Source: an uncultured Muribaculaceae bacterium (GTDB lineage: Bacteria; Bacillota_I; Bacilli_A; RF39; UBA660). Taken from it: a stretch of 26,906 nt of DNA. The stretch is taken from assembly GCA_964407685.1 (NCBI GenBank), contig CAYOWI010000015.1:1-26906 (forward strand), in the 5' to 3' direction. The translations under genes and the position numbers were made by a program. Position 1 is the stretch's first letter. Each line of letters begins with the position of its first letter. Below are positions 18,007 through 26,197 of this stretch, in pieces. Below the pieces are notes generated by a model, which was not told where the DNA came from, made no database searches, and was given only the letters and a program-made list of their open reading frames with translations.

Positions 18007-18038
18007 AAACCACACTTCTTTTCGGAAGTGTGGTTTTT
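18007..18038 (+). terminator. Rho-independent terminator after trxB
   Basis: AAACCACACTTC (18007-18018) pairs with GAAGTGTGGTTT (18025-18036) across a 6-nt loop. The 12-bp stem is followed by Ts. Confidence 0.85.
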
Positions 18039-18058
18039 ATACTCCTTGATAAGAGTAT

Positions 18059-18085
18059 AAAAAAACCACGTATTTAACCACGTGG
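18059..18085 (-). terminator. Rho-independent terminator for the minus-strand orphan gene
   Basis: On the minus strand CCACGT...ACGTGG forms a 6-bp stem with an 8-nt loop, followed by TTTTTTT (complement of 18059-18065). An extra hairpin, TATACTC/GAGTATA (18038-18059), lies between the two convergent terminators. Confidence 0.6.
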
Positions 18086-18130
18086 AATTAAAAATTTTAA
18101 GAAATATATATTATTTATTTTATTTTTTAA

Positions 18131-18568
18131 TTATTTAATTTTTGCTTTAGTCCTTATACTTTTTTCTTTATCACTGTCTTCGTATTTTAATTTTATCATA
18201 GCTTCTTCATTAGCTTTAATCTCTTCTTCTAAACTCTTTATTTTTTTATTGTTTTTTAGAATAAAAACTAATGGAAAAATCTCAGAAACACCAGCAGCGA
18301 TAGTAGAAAGAATTATACTATATATAAAATCTTTCATTTCAACTTTGTTACTCGGATCTATAGCTAAAGCAAAATATGAAAATTCATGCCCCAATACTAA
18401 AAATGGTATAAAAACCATTAATGCTTTGTCTAAATTGTTAGACGATTCTAATTCAGATAATTTATGCTGAAGTTTTAATTTTTTATTTTCTAATTCCAAT
18501 TTTCTATTTTGTCTTACAAGATCCTTATAAGTGTATTTAGTTTCTTTACTATCATAATGTTTTTCCAT
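18131..18568 (-). CDS. Orphan membrane protein: coiled-coil N- and C-termini flanking two TM segments; function unknown
   Basis: This is the only credible minus-strand gene in the window. It has a strong SD (AAGGGGG) 9 nt before the ATG, its own promoter (TTGATA-17-TATTAT on the minus strand) and its own terminator. Hydrophobic segments MVFIPFLVLGHEFSYFALAI and IYSIILSTIAAGVSEIFPLVFIL are present. I recognise no family. Confidence 0.6.
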   Translation of the reverse strand: MEKHYDSKETKYTYKDLVRQNRKLELENKKLKLQHKLSELESSNNLDKALMVFIPFLVLGHEFSYFALAIDPSNKVEMKDFIYSIILSTIAAGVSEIFPLVFILKNNKKIKSLEEEIKANEEAMIKLKYEDSDKEKSIRTKAKIK

Positions 18569-18597
18569 TCAAATATTCCCCCTTTTCATTTGAATGG
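18565..18597 (-). promoter_or_regulatory. 5'-UTR stem-loop that holds the start codon of the orphan gene in a stem
   Basis: On the minus-strand RNA, CCATTCAAAT (18597-18588) and ATTTGAATGG (18574-18565) form a perfect 10-bp inverted repeat. The 13-nt loop GAAAAGGGGGAAT carries the SD. The AUG (18568-18566) lies inside the 3' arm. Confidence 0.5.
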
Positions 18598-18658
18598 TCA
18601 TTATAATAACACTTTTCATGCACTCTATCAATTTCTTTGCTGAAAACACCTGGATATG

Positions 18659-18687
18659 TTGAAAAAGAAATCTTTATTTGTTATAAT
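18659..18687 (+). promoter_or_regulatory. whiA: Consensus sigma-A promoter for whiA
   Basis: TTGAAA (18659-18664), a 17-nt spacer, TATAAT (18682-18687). It lies 23 nt upstream of the whiA ATG, with RBS aaggaag. Confidence 0.6.
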
Positions 18688-18710
18688 CATAATGATAAGG
18701 AAGTGATGAT

Positions 18711-19643
18711 ATGACATTCTCTAGTAAAATAAAACAAGAAATTAGTACGACTGAATGTACTAGGGCAGAATATCTATCGGAGTTATCAGGAATAATTAGG
18801 ACTAATGCGGAAATAAAAATATATAATATTAAAATTCAAACAGAAAATAAGTTTGTTGCAAACAGAATATTTGGTTTGTTTAAAATTCTTTATGATATTA
18901 ATTTAAATATAACGCTAAGAAAAAATTATAATTTTAAAAAAAATGAAATATATGTTCTAGAACTAAAAAGAGATACTTTAAAAGTTCTTCATGACTTAGG
19001 AATCGTAAATGATAAGAACCAAATGCTTAGAATTCCAAATGAATCATTATTATCAGATGAAGAATTAAAAAGAGCGTTTTTAAGAGGGGTCTTCATGGTA
19101 TCTGGTAGTTTAAATGATCCTAAAACATCTAGATATCACTTGGAGTTCCTTATAAATGATACTCAGTATGCTTCTTTTTTGAATCAACTATTAAATGATA
19201 ACAACCTAAATAGTAAAATATTGCATCGTAAAAAAGGATACATGATATACGTTAAGGAAGCTGAAAAAATTAGTGACTTCTTAAGATTAATTAGGGCTTA
19301 TAATGGTGTTATGTATTATGAAGAAATAAGGGTTTATAGAGAAAAGATAAACATGACAAACCGGCTTAATAATTGTGAACAGGCTAACGTTGAAAAAACG
19401 ATGCTTACTTCAAATAAATTAATTAACGAAATTAAGTTTATAAGAGAAAAAGACATGTTTGATTTACTTGATGAAAAGGTAAAAGAAAGTGCTATTTATA
19501 GGGAAAAATACCCCGAATCATCACTGCTTGAGCTAAGTAAAATAATGTCTTTAGAAACTGGAACCAAAATAAGTAAATCTTGTTTGAATCATAGGTTTAG
19601 GAAGATAAAAGAATTTGCCGATAAAATAAGAAAAGAAAATTAA
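18711..19643 (+). CDS. whiA: DNA-binding protein WhiA
   Basis: 310 aa. It has the N-terminal FSSKIKQEIS...R.EYLSELSGIIR, a LAGLIDADG-like middle (LRGVFMVSGSLNDPKTSRYHLEF) and a C-terminal HTH (SLLELSKIMSLETGTKISKSCLNHRFRKI). Confidence 0.9.
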   Translation: MTFSSKIKQEISTTECTRAEYLSELSGIIRTNAEIKIYNIKIQTENKFVANRIFGLFKILYDINLNITLRKNYNFKKNEIYVLELKRDTLKVLHDLGIVNDKNQMLRIPNESLLSDEELKRAFLRGVFMVSGSLNDPKTSRYHLEFLINDTQYASFLNQLLNDNNLNSKILHRKKGYMIYVKEAEKISDFLRLIRAYNGVMYYEEIRVYREKINMTNRLNNCEQANVEKTMLTSNKLINEIKFIREKDMFDLLDEKVKESAIYREKYPESSLLELSKIMSLETGTKISKSCLNHRFRKIKEFADKIRKEN

Positions 19644-19729
19644 AATAATAAAGTCTTTTAAAAAAAGTTTTTTTTTGATAGAATATAATTATTAAAATAA
19701 TAATACGTAAGTAGTGAGGGGATGTAATC

Positions 19730-20524
19730 ATGGGCAAAGTAATAGCTTTAGTAAATCAAAAAGGTGGGGTTGGAAAAACAACTACCAGTATTAATTTGGC
19801 AGCGTCACTTGGGGTACAAAATAAAAAAGTTTTGCTTATTGATTTAGACCCACAAGGAAATGCTTCAACTGGGGTTGGAATAAATAAAGGTGACGTAGAT
19901 AAAAGCATATATGATTTATTACTTGGAAGATGTATGCCAAGTGATGCTATAATAAGAACAAACTTTAAAAACTTAAGTATAATTCCAGCCACGATAAATT
20001 TAGCTGGTGCGGATATAGAACTTATAGAAAAAGGGAAATTAGATGTAAATTTCCAGAAAAATATGCAACTTAAGTTAGCACTAGAACCAATCAAGGATAA
20101 TTATGATTTTATAATAATAGATTGCCCACCATCTCTTGGGCTTTTAACAACTAATGCGCTTACTGCGTCTAACTCGGTTTTGATTCCTGTTCAATGTGAG
20201 TTTTTTGCACTTGAAGGTATAATGCAGCTTTTAAACTCAATAATGCTCGCACAAAAAAAGCTTAATCCAGGACTAGAAATAGAGGGGGTATTACTTACCA
20301 TGCTTGATTCTAGAACAAATTTAGGTTTAGAAGTAGTAGAAGAAATAAGGGGATTCTTTAAAGAAAGAGTTTATAATACTTTGATACCAAGATTAATAAG
20401 ATTAACCGAAGCACCTAGCCATGGCAAACCAATCGTTGCATATGATCCAATGAGTCGTGGAACGGAAGCATATCTTAATTTAGCAAAGGAGGTAATTGAA
20501 CAAAATGAAAGAAGAAACGGGTAA
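19730..20524 (+). CDS. parA: Chromosome partitioning ATPase ParA/Soj
   Basis: Deviant Walker A NQKGGVGKTTT, plus DLDPQGNAS and IIIDCPPSLG motifs. It sits directly upstream of parB. Confidence 0.92.
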   Translation: MGKVIALVNQKGGVGKTTTSINLAASLGVQNKKVLLIDLDPQGNASTGVGINKGDVDKSIYDLLLGRCMPSDAIIRTNFKNLSIIPATINLAGADIELIEKGKLDVNFQKNMQLKLALEPIKDNYDFIIIDCPPSLGLLTTNALTASNSVLIPVQCEFFALEGIMQLLNSIMLAQKKLNPGLEIEGVLLTMLDSRTNLGLEVVEEIRGFFKERVYNTLIPRLIRLTEAPSHGKPIVAYDPMSRGTEAYLNLAKEVIEQNERRNG

Positions 20525-21392
20525 AAGAAGAGCCCTTGGAATGGGACTAGAGCAATTATTTAATTCTGAGATGCTTGACTTTGATCAGGTAGAAAAGGAA
20601 ATAGTTAATGAAACACCAAAAGATGAGATTGTACAAATAAATATAGACGAGCTAATGAGTAATCCTTATCAGCCAAGAAAAGTATTTGATGATGAAGCGT
20701 TAAAAGAACTTTCTTTATCAATAAAGGAACACGGCGTTTTCCAACCAATAATTGTTAAAAAAAGTGTTAAAGGTTATAACATAATAGCTGGAGAACGAAG
20801 AGCAAAAGCCTCTAAGTTAGCTGGGTTAACTTCCATTCCGGCGATAGTTAAAGATTTTTCTGATGATGAAATGATGCAAGTTGCTCTTTTAGAAAACTTA
20901 CAAAGAGAGGATTTAACGGCAATAGAGGAAGCTAAAGCTTATAAGTCAATAATTGAATCTTTAAGATTAACCCAAGACGAGCTTGCAAAAAAACTTGGAA
21001 AATCTAGAAGTCATATTACTAATATGCTTGGACTTTTAAGACTACCTCTTAACGTACAAGATATGGTTTTGTATGGCAAACTTTCCATGGGGCACGCAAG
21101 AGTTTTAAGTAAGTTAGAAAGCCATGATCAAATAGAAGAACTTGCTAATCAAGTAGTTGGTGAAAACCTAAGCGTAAGAGAACTTGAAAAAATTACTGAA
21201 CCAGTTTCATTTGCAAGGAATATTCCGGTAAATAAGCAAGTGAAAAATAAAGAATATAAATATGTAGAAGACGCAATGAAGGATAAACTTGGTACCAAAG
21301 TATCTATTTCTGGCAATAAGATTAAGATTTCTTTTGCAACAAAAGAAGATCTTAACAGGATATTAGAGATATTAGACATAGATGTAGAATAG
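20505..21392 (+). CDS. parB: Chromosome partitioning protein ParB/Spo0J
   Basis: ParB box NPYQPRK, GERR motif (IIAGERRAKAS) and HTH LTQDELAKKLGKSRSHITN. ATG 20505 lies 12 nt after AAGGAGG. The TTG 20496 start in the ORF track is too close to the SD. Confidence 0.9.
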   Translation: MKEETGKRRALGMGLEQLFNSEMLDFDQVEKEIVNETPKDEIVQINIDELMSNPYQPRKVFDDEALKELSLSIKEHGVFQPIIVKKSVKGYNIIAGERRAKASKLAGLTSIPAIVKDFSDDEMMQVALLENLQREDLTAIEEAKAYKSIIESLRLTQDELAKKLGKSRSHITNMLGLLRLPLNVQDMVLYGKLSMGHARVLSKLESHDQIEELANQVVGENLSVRELEKITEPVSFARNIPVNKQVKNKEYKYVEDAMKDKLGTKVSISGNKIKISFATKEDLNRILEILDIDVE

Positions 21393-21401
21393 AGGGATAA
21401 T

Positions 21402-22208
21402 ATGAAAATATTTGGGCTTACAATAGCCAAAGAAATATACTTGCCAATAATAATCATAGCCGTTTCTGTATTAACCCATAAGTTTTTAAAGTTAATTATT
21501 AAAAAAACGTTTAATCCAGATAAAAAACATCTTAAGTTTGATTCAAGAAAAGTAAAAACACTAAGAAGCTTATTATGTAACATAACTAAATACTTAGTTT
21601 GGGTTATTGCGACATTATCAATTTTAGGTGTATTTGGGGTTAATACTGCTGCTATAATAACCGGGCTTGGAGTAGTAAGTTTGGTTATTGGACTTGCTTT
21701 TCAAGATTTATTAAAGGACGTTTTAGTTGGTGTATCAATCCTTTTTGAAAATCAGTTCGCCGTTGGAGATTTAGTTAAGATTGGGGATTTTGAGGGAACC
21801 GTTATATCGCTTGGGCTTAAAACGACTAGACTACAGGCATATACTGGAGAAGTTAAAATGATATCTAACCGTAACATATCTGAGGTTATTAATTATAGTA
21901 TGGATAAAACCTTGGCGGTTGTTGATTTACCTGTTAGTTATGAGTCAAAGATAGATAAAGTGGAAAAAATTTTAATGGTAACGGCTGCTACTATTAAGGA
22001 AAAAATGCCATCTTTAGTAGGTGACATTGAGCTTTTGGGAGTTCAAGAACTTTCTGATTCTGCCGTTGTTTTTAGAATGGTAGGTAAGTGCAAACCCGCT
22101 AAGCATTATGAGGTTCAAAGACAGATGAAAAAAGAATTTAAGAATGCGTTGGATAAAAACGGAATTAAAATTCCTTATCCTCAAGTTGAGGTGCACAATG
22201 AAAAATAG
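21402..22208 (+). CDS. MscS-family small-conductance mechanosensitive channel
   Basis: Three N-terminal TM segments, then the conserved beta-domain VGDLVKIGDFEGTVISLGLKTTRLQAYTGEVKMISN. 268 aa. Confidence 0.8.
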   Translation: MKIFGLTIAKEIYLPIIIIAVSVLTHKFLKLIIKKTFNPDKKHLKFDSRKVKTLRSLLCNITKYLVWVIATLSILGVFGVNTAAIITGLGVVSLVIGLAFQDLLKDVLVGVSILFENQFAVGDLVKIGDFEGTVISLGLKTTRLQAYTGEVKMISNRNISEVINYSMDKTLAVVDLPVSYESKIDKVEKILMVTAATIKEKMPSLVGDIELLGVQELSDSAVVFRMVGKCKPAKHYEVQRQMKKEFKNALDKNGIKIPYPQVEVHNEK

Positions 22209-22392
22209 TTATGAAATCGGCTCGGTTGTTCAAATGAAAAAAAATCATCCGTGTGGCTCTAATATATTTAAAATAGTAAGAATTGGAGTGGATATTAAAA
22301 TAAAATGTGAAAACTGTGGTAGAACAATAATGCTTTCAAGGGTTGATTTTAATAAAAAGATAAAAAAGGTGTTGGAGGTTCAAAATGATTAA
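22198..22392 (+). CDS. DUF951-family small protein
   Basis: Starting from ATG 22198: MKNSYEIGSVVQMKKNHPCGSNIFKIVRIGVDIKIKCENCGRTIMLSRVDFNKKIKKVL, which matches the KK.HPCG...R.G.DI.IKC..CGR pattern of DUF951. The longer 22144 start would lie inside the MscS-family gene. Confidence 0.65.
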   Translation: MKNSYEIGSVVQMKKNHPCGSNIFKIVRIGVDIKIKCENCGRTIMLSRVDFNKKIKKVLEVQND

Positions 22393-23926
22393 AGATAAAA
22401 AAGTAAAAAGATCATCTCATCCAGTTATGTTCTTTATATATGTATCGGTTTTGATTATACTTATAAGTGGTATTGCAAGCGCCCTTAATTTTCAGGTTAC
22501 ATATGATAAACTAACTACTATTGCCGGTGAAGTTGATAGTATAACAGTAGCGGTAAATTCCCTTTTAAGCTTAGATGGACTTAAGTTTTTAATAACGTCA
22601 GCTTATGAAAATTTAATCTCTTTTGAGCCTTTTGGTTCACTACTTATTGCATCGATTGCTTTTGGAATAGCATTGAAGTCTGGTTTTTTAAAAACTTTGT
22701 GTGGTAAACTAACAAAGAAAATTCCAAAATTTATAATCGTGTTTATCTATTCATTGTTATGCATAATAGCAAGCGTTGATGCAAATACCGGTTACGTTGT
22801 TTTATTACCACTTGGAGCGGTATTATTTATGAGTATGAATAGAAATCCAATAGGTGGATTAGCACTAGGATTTGCTTCTTTAGCATCTGGTCATGGAGCA
22901 GGCATGTTTATTACCTCACTTGATTATAATTTATCTAGTTATACGGAAGCCAGTGCCAAGTTATTAGATACTGAATATACGATTGCACAAAGTAGTAATT
23001 TAATATTTGTGATAGCATCAGCCTTATTAATATCAGGAATATGTACATTTATAACAGAAAAATTAGTTTCAAGGCGCCTTGGAAGAAACAACTTTGAAGA
23101 AGATGAAGAATTAATGCTAGATGAAAAAGACGAAAAGAAAGGATTAATAGGTGCATTAATAGTTACGTTAATTTTCCTTATCCCATTAATATTAATGATA
23201 ATTCCAACTACTAAAGATGGGTTCATCGGATTATTATTAGATAAATCGCAAAACGTATATTCGAAAATGCTTTTTTCTAGTGATGCCCTTTTAATGACAA
23301 ATTTAGTCGGGATAGTTTCTTTATTACTTATTATACAAGGCTTTGTTTTTGGAGTTATAACAGGAACGATAAAAAAAATACGTGATTTAGTTAATTTCTC
23401 TACTGATTATTTAAAAAGTATAGGCGGAATATTTGTTTTGGTTTTCTTTTCGGCCCAATTATGTGCGATTCTTAAAGAGTCTAATCTAGGGGTTGTAATA
23501 ACGGCAAGTTTATCTAATCTTATAGCAGCTTCTGAGTTTTCGTTTATTCCTCTTGTATTGTTAATATTAGTTGTAACAATGGTAGCTAACATATTTACTC
23601 CAACTCCAGTTGCAAAGTGGTCAGTTATAGCACCAAATATAATGCCAGCGGTAATGAAAGCTAATATTACACCAGAGTTTGCCCAAATTGTATTTAGAGC
23701 AGGCGATTCTATAACTAATGTAATAACTCCTTTATTTACTTATTTTGTTATATTTATTGGCTTTATTGAAATATATACGAAAAATAAAAACGATTTTAGC
23801 ATAAGAAATTGTTATAAAATAATATTACCATATTTTTTGGTTGTTTCACTTATGTGGTTATTTATGATTATATGCTGGTACATAATAGGTTTACCAATTG
23901 GACCTGGTGTGTACCCGATGGTGTAA
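22385..23926 (+). CDS. AbgT-family (p-aminobenzoyl-glutamate transporter-like) membrane transporter
   Basis: 513-aa polytopic membrane protein with RBS ggagg. The size and an N-terminal HPVMFFIYVSVLIILISGIASAL segment are typical of the AbgT family. It overlaps the DUF951 gene by 8 nt. Confidence 0.6.
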   Translation: MIKDKKVKRSSHPVMFFIYVSVLIILISGIASALNFQVTYDKLTTIAGEVDSITVAVNSLLSLDGLKFLITSAYENLISFEPFGSLLIASIAFGIALKSGFLKTLCGKLTKKIPKFIIVFIYSLLCIIASVDANTGYVVLLPLGAVLFMSMNRNPIGGLALGFASLASGHGAGMFITSLDYNLSSYTEASAKLLDTEYTIAQSSNLIFVIASALLISGICTFITEKLVSRRLGRNNFEEDEELMLDEKDEKKGLIGALIVTLIFLIPLILMIIPTTKDGFIGLLLDKSQNVYSKMLFSSDALLMTNLVGIVSLLLIIQGFVFGVITGTIKKIRDLVNFSTDYLKSIGGIFVLVFFSAQLCAILKESNLGVVITASLSNLIAASEFSFIPLVLLILVVTMVANIFTPTPVAKWSVIAPNIMPAVMKANITPEFAQIVFRAGDSITNVITPLFTYFVIFIGFIEIYTKNKNDFSIRNCYKIILPYFLVVSLMWLFMIICWYIIGLPIGPGVYPMV

Positions 23927-24211
23927 AAGATGCTTTTTGGTATCTTTTACTTTTTTGTTTACAAATTAAAAAAAACATAGATACGTGCGCTAATTTTTAA
24001 TTTATAATGATACTAGAGGTGATTACTTTGAAAACGGATTTTGAATTAAAGTCACTTGATTTTGCATTACAAAAACTACTTAATGATGCAGTGTAAAAAA
24101 ACTGTTACCAATTAGATATAAAAGTAGATTAAAGCAAATCATTGATAATGATATATAAATATGTGTTGCAATTGCTGTACTAAGGAACCATTCTCATAGG
24201 AAAATAGTAGT

Positions 24212-24412
24212 ATGTTATATTCTGATTATGGGGTAGAAGCATATTTTGAAACTTTGCTTGCCTTAGAAAGTGTTATATCTGAAAGAATTAAAAAAAACAA
24301 TATATCAGTAGTTAATGCAAAATATAAAACATTAGATGAATTAAATGCAACCTATGTTAATGAACAGGGTGAATTAATGGGAACCAAGTATAATGCCCTA
24401 TTCATTAGGTAA
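24212..24412 (+). CDS. Doubtful 66-aa ORF, probably a fragment of a decayed gene
   Basis: Weak RBS. The reading frame continues after a +1 shift (GKVLRKTLVKSMDLSEEEYDRSNGRSR, to about 24491). Another short frame (TTG 24028-24099), with its own RBS and -10 element, lies upstream. I recognise no family. Confidence 0.25.
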   Translation: MLYSDYGVEAYFETLLALESVISERIKKNNISVVNAKYKTLDELNATYVNEQGELMGTKYNALFIR

Positions 24413-24498
24413 GGTTTTAAGAAAAACACTTGTTAAGAGTATGGATTTATCAGAGGAAGAATATGACAGGAGTAATGGCAGAAGTCGTTAAATAAAAG

Positions 24499-24522
24499 CA
24501 ACAAAACACATTGTTGTTTTTT
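24499..24522 (+). terminator. Small terminator-like hairpin upstream of the ychF promoter
   Basis: CAACAA (24499-24504) pairs with TTGTTG (24511-24516), followed by TTTTTT. An extended -10 element, TGaTATAAT (24530-24538), follows and probably serves ychF. Confidence 0.4.
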
Positions 24523-24560
24523 CAATTTATGATATAATACCAAAAGAAGGAAGTGATTAT

Positions 24561-25658
24561 ATGCCACTTACAGCAGGTATAGTTGGCTTACCTAACGTTG
24601 GTAAATCAACGTTGTTTAATGCAATTACAAAGAAAAATATTTTAGCAGCTAATTATCCATTTGCAACTATTGAACCAAATGTTGGAATGGTTACCGTACC
24701 GGATAAAAGATTAGATTTTTTAAATGATTTAATAAAACCAAATAGTTTGGTTCCAACGACGTTTGAATTTACGGATATTGCAGGATTGGTAAAAGGTGCA
24801 TCACATGGCGAAGGTTTAGGTAATAAATTTTTATCACACATAAGAGAAGTAGATGCTATTGTTGAAGTAGTAAGATGTTTTGACGATTCTAATATAACCC
24901 ACGTGGAAGGTGGAGCAAACCCACTACGTGATATAGAAATAATAGATGTGGAATTTATTTTTTGTGATTTAGAAGTTGTTGATAATAGACTTGGTAGAAT
25001 AGAAAAAAAAGCGGTGTCTACAAAGGATAAAGATGCCCTAAAAGAAGTTGAACTTTTAAAACGTATTAAAGTAGCACTAGAGAATAATATTCCCGCTAGA
25101 AAATTAGAATATACTGAAGATGATTTAAAAATTTTAAAAGCCTTTAATCTTCTTACCATGAAACCAATTATTTACGTGGCAAACATTAAAGAAGAAGAAA
25201 TAGGTAGTGATAACGCTTACGTAAAAGATGTAAAAGAATATGCTAAAAAAGATAATGCAGAAGTAATCGTTTTGTGCGCAAAGATTGAAGAGGAGTTAAG
25301 TGGTTTTGAAGAAGAGGAAAAAGAAGCATTCTTGTCTGATTTGGGTATAGAAGAAAGCGGCCTTGATAAACTTATTAAGGCATCATATTCACTTTTGGGT
25401 CTTCAAACATATTTTACAGCAGGTCCTAAAGAAGTTAGAGCTTGGACTTTTAAAAAAGGAATGAAAGCACCGTCTTGCGCTGGAATTATCCATAGCGATT
25501 TTGAAAAAGGCTTTATAAGAGCAGAAGTAATTTCTTTTTCTGACTATGAAAAGTATAAAGGTGAAAAAGGCGCTAAAGAAGCTGGTAAGCTTAGAAGCGA
25601 AGGCAAGGAATACGTTATGCAAGATGGAGACGTTTGCCTGTTTAGATTTAATAATTAG
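24561..25658 (+). CDS. ychF: Ribosome-binding, redox-regulated ATPase YchF
   Basis: G1 motif GIVGLPNVGKSTLFNA, then DIAGLVKGAS, the NxxE-type motif of YchF, and a C-terminal TGS-like domain (...GFIRAEVI..DGDV..FRFN). 365 aa. Confidence 0.95.
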   Translation: MPLTAGIVGLPNVGKSTLFNAITKKNILAANYPFATIEPNVGMVTVPDKRLDFLNDLIKPNSLVPTTFEFTDIAGLVKGASHGEGLGNKFLSHIREVDAIVEVVRCFDDSNITHVEGGANPLRDIEIIDVEFIFCDLEVVDNRLGRIEKKAVSTKDKDALKEVELLKRIKVALENNIPARKLEYTEDDLKILKAFNLLTMKPIIYVANIKEEEIGSDNAYVKDVKEYAKKDNAEVIVLCAKIEEELSGFEEEEKEAFLSDLGIEESGLDKLIKASYSLLGLQTYFTAGPKEVRAWTFKKGMKAPSCAGIIHSDFEKGFIRAEVISFSDYEKYKGEKGAKEAGKLRSEGKEYVMQDGDVCLFRFNN

Positions 25659-25775
25659 AGGATAAGAAATTGTGAATATTAAAGATAAATTATTTGTATT
25701 TAAAATAAAGAATTTATTTATAATAGAATTAAGGGGAATAAAATTACCGCGTAAATGAATATAATTTAATATAAA

Positions 25776-25803
25776 AAGAAGGTTTACATTAATCTTCTTT
25801 TTT
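25776..25803 (+). terminator. Terminator after ychF
   Basis: AAGAAG (25776-25781) pairs with CTTCTT (25794-25799) across a 12-nt loop, followed by a T-run. Confidence 0.5.
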
Positions 25804-25811
25804 GTTATAAT
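25783..25811 (+). promoter_or_regulatory. rpsF: Sigma-A promoter of the rpsF-ssb-rpsR operon
   Basis: TTTACA (25783-25788), a 17-nt spacer, then TGtTATAAT (TATAAT at 25806-25811, extended -10). Confidence 0.55.
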
Positions 25812-25816
25812 ACAAA

Positions 25817-25891
25817 GCGAGTAAGAAAGTTTACTCTCTTGCTCTTAACTAGATTAAGAGCCGAATAGACCAAAAGAGGAGGAAAGATAAA
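25817..25891 (+). ncRNA. Structured rpsF 5' leader (candidate S6:S18 autoregulatory element)
   Basis: Two hairpins lie between the promoter and the SD: GAGTAA/TTACTC (25819-25836) and GCTCTTAA/TTAAGAGC (25841-25861, 8-bp stem, 5-nt loop). These are followed by CCG and the SD AGAGGAGG. The position matches the described rpsF leader, but the structural match is not verified. Confidence 0.35.
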
Positions 25892-26176
25892 ATGAAATAC
25901 GAAATTATGTTCATTGTTAAACCTAATCTTGAAGAAAACGCCGTTAAGGAAGTTGCTAAAAACTTTGAAAAGATTTTAGCAGATAATGGCGCTAAAGTAT
26001 TATCTTCAAAGGATTTAGGCCAAAAAGAATTAGCATATGAAGTAAAAGGTTTTAAAACTGGATACTATTTTCTAATTAACATAGAAGCAAATGATGCTAA
26101 AGCAATTAATGAATTTGATCGTTTAGCTTTAATAAGCGAAGACGTTATTCGTCACATAATTATAAAAGAAGATTAA
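25892..26176 (+). CDS. rpsF: 30S ribosomal protein S6
   Basis: MKYEIMFIVKPNLEE... with KDLGQKELAYEV, typical of S6. It is the first gene of the rpsF-ssb-rpsR operon. Confidence 0.95.
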   Translation: MKYEIMFIVKPNLEENAVKEVAKNFEKILADNGAKVLSSKDLGQKELAYEVKGFKTGYYFLINIEANDAKAINEFDRLALISEDVIRHIIIKED

Positions 26177-26197
26177 TTTGAAAGTTGAGGAAATAAA

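Noticed and set aside
18249-18470. 73-aa plus-strand ORF overlapping the minus-strand orphan gene
   Set aside because: The minus-strand frame is longer and has a strong SD, a promoter, a terminator and clear TM helices. The plus-strand ORF has none of these.
19756-20094. 112-aa minus-strand ORF inside parA
   Set aside because: It is antisense to the Walker A region of a conserved gene, and no independent support exists. The same reasoning applies to the other short minus-strand ORFs nested in plus-strand genes: 1768-1998, 2605-2868, 4656-4847, 8923-9105, 9186-9371, 14924-15211, 17567-17755, 22014-22196, 22939-23226, 23407-23592 and 25389-25622.
19730-21392. parS centromere site inside or near parB
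   Set aside because: I scanned by eye for TGTTNCACGTGAAACA-like 16-mers and found none. The CCACGTGG at 18078-18085 is only the terminator stem. A computational scan could still find a degenerate site.
21149-21583. 144-aa minus-strand ORF spanning the parB end and the start of the MscS-family gene
   Set aside because: It is antisense to two well-supported genes and to their junction. It has no translation signals and no recognisable motifs.
24653-25159. 168-aa minus-strand ORF antisense to ychF
   Set aside because: It lies entirely inside a strongly conserved plus-strand gene. It has no RBS or promoter, and its low-complexity Ser/Phe/Lys-rich translation is typical of an antisense artefact.
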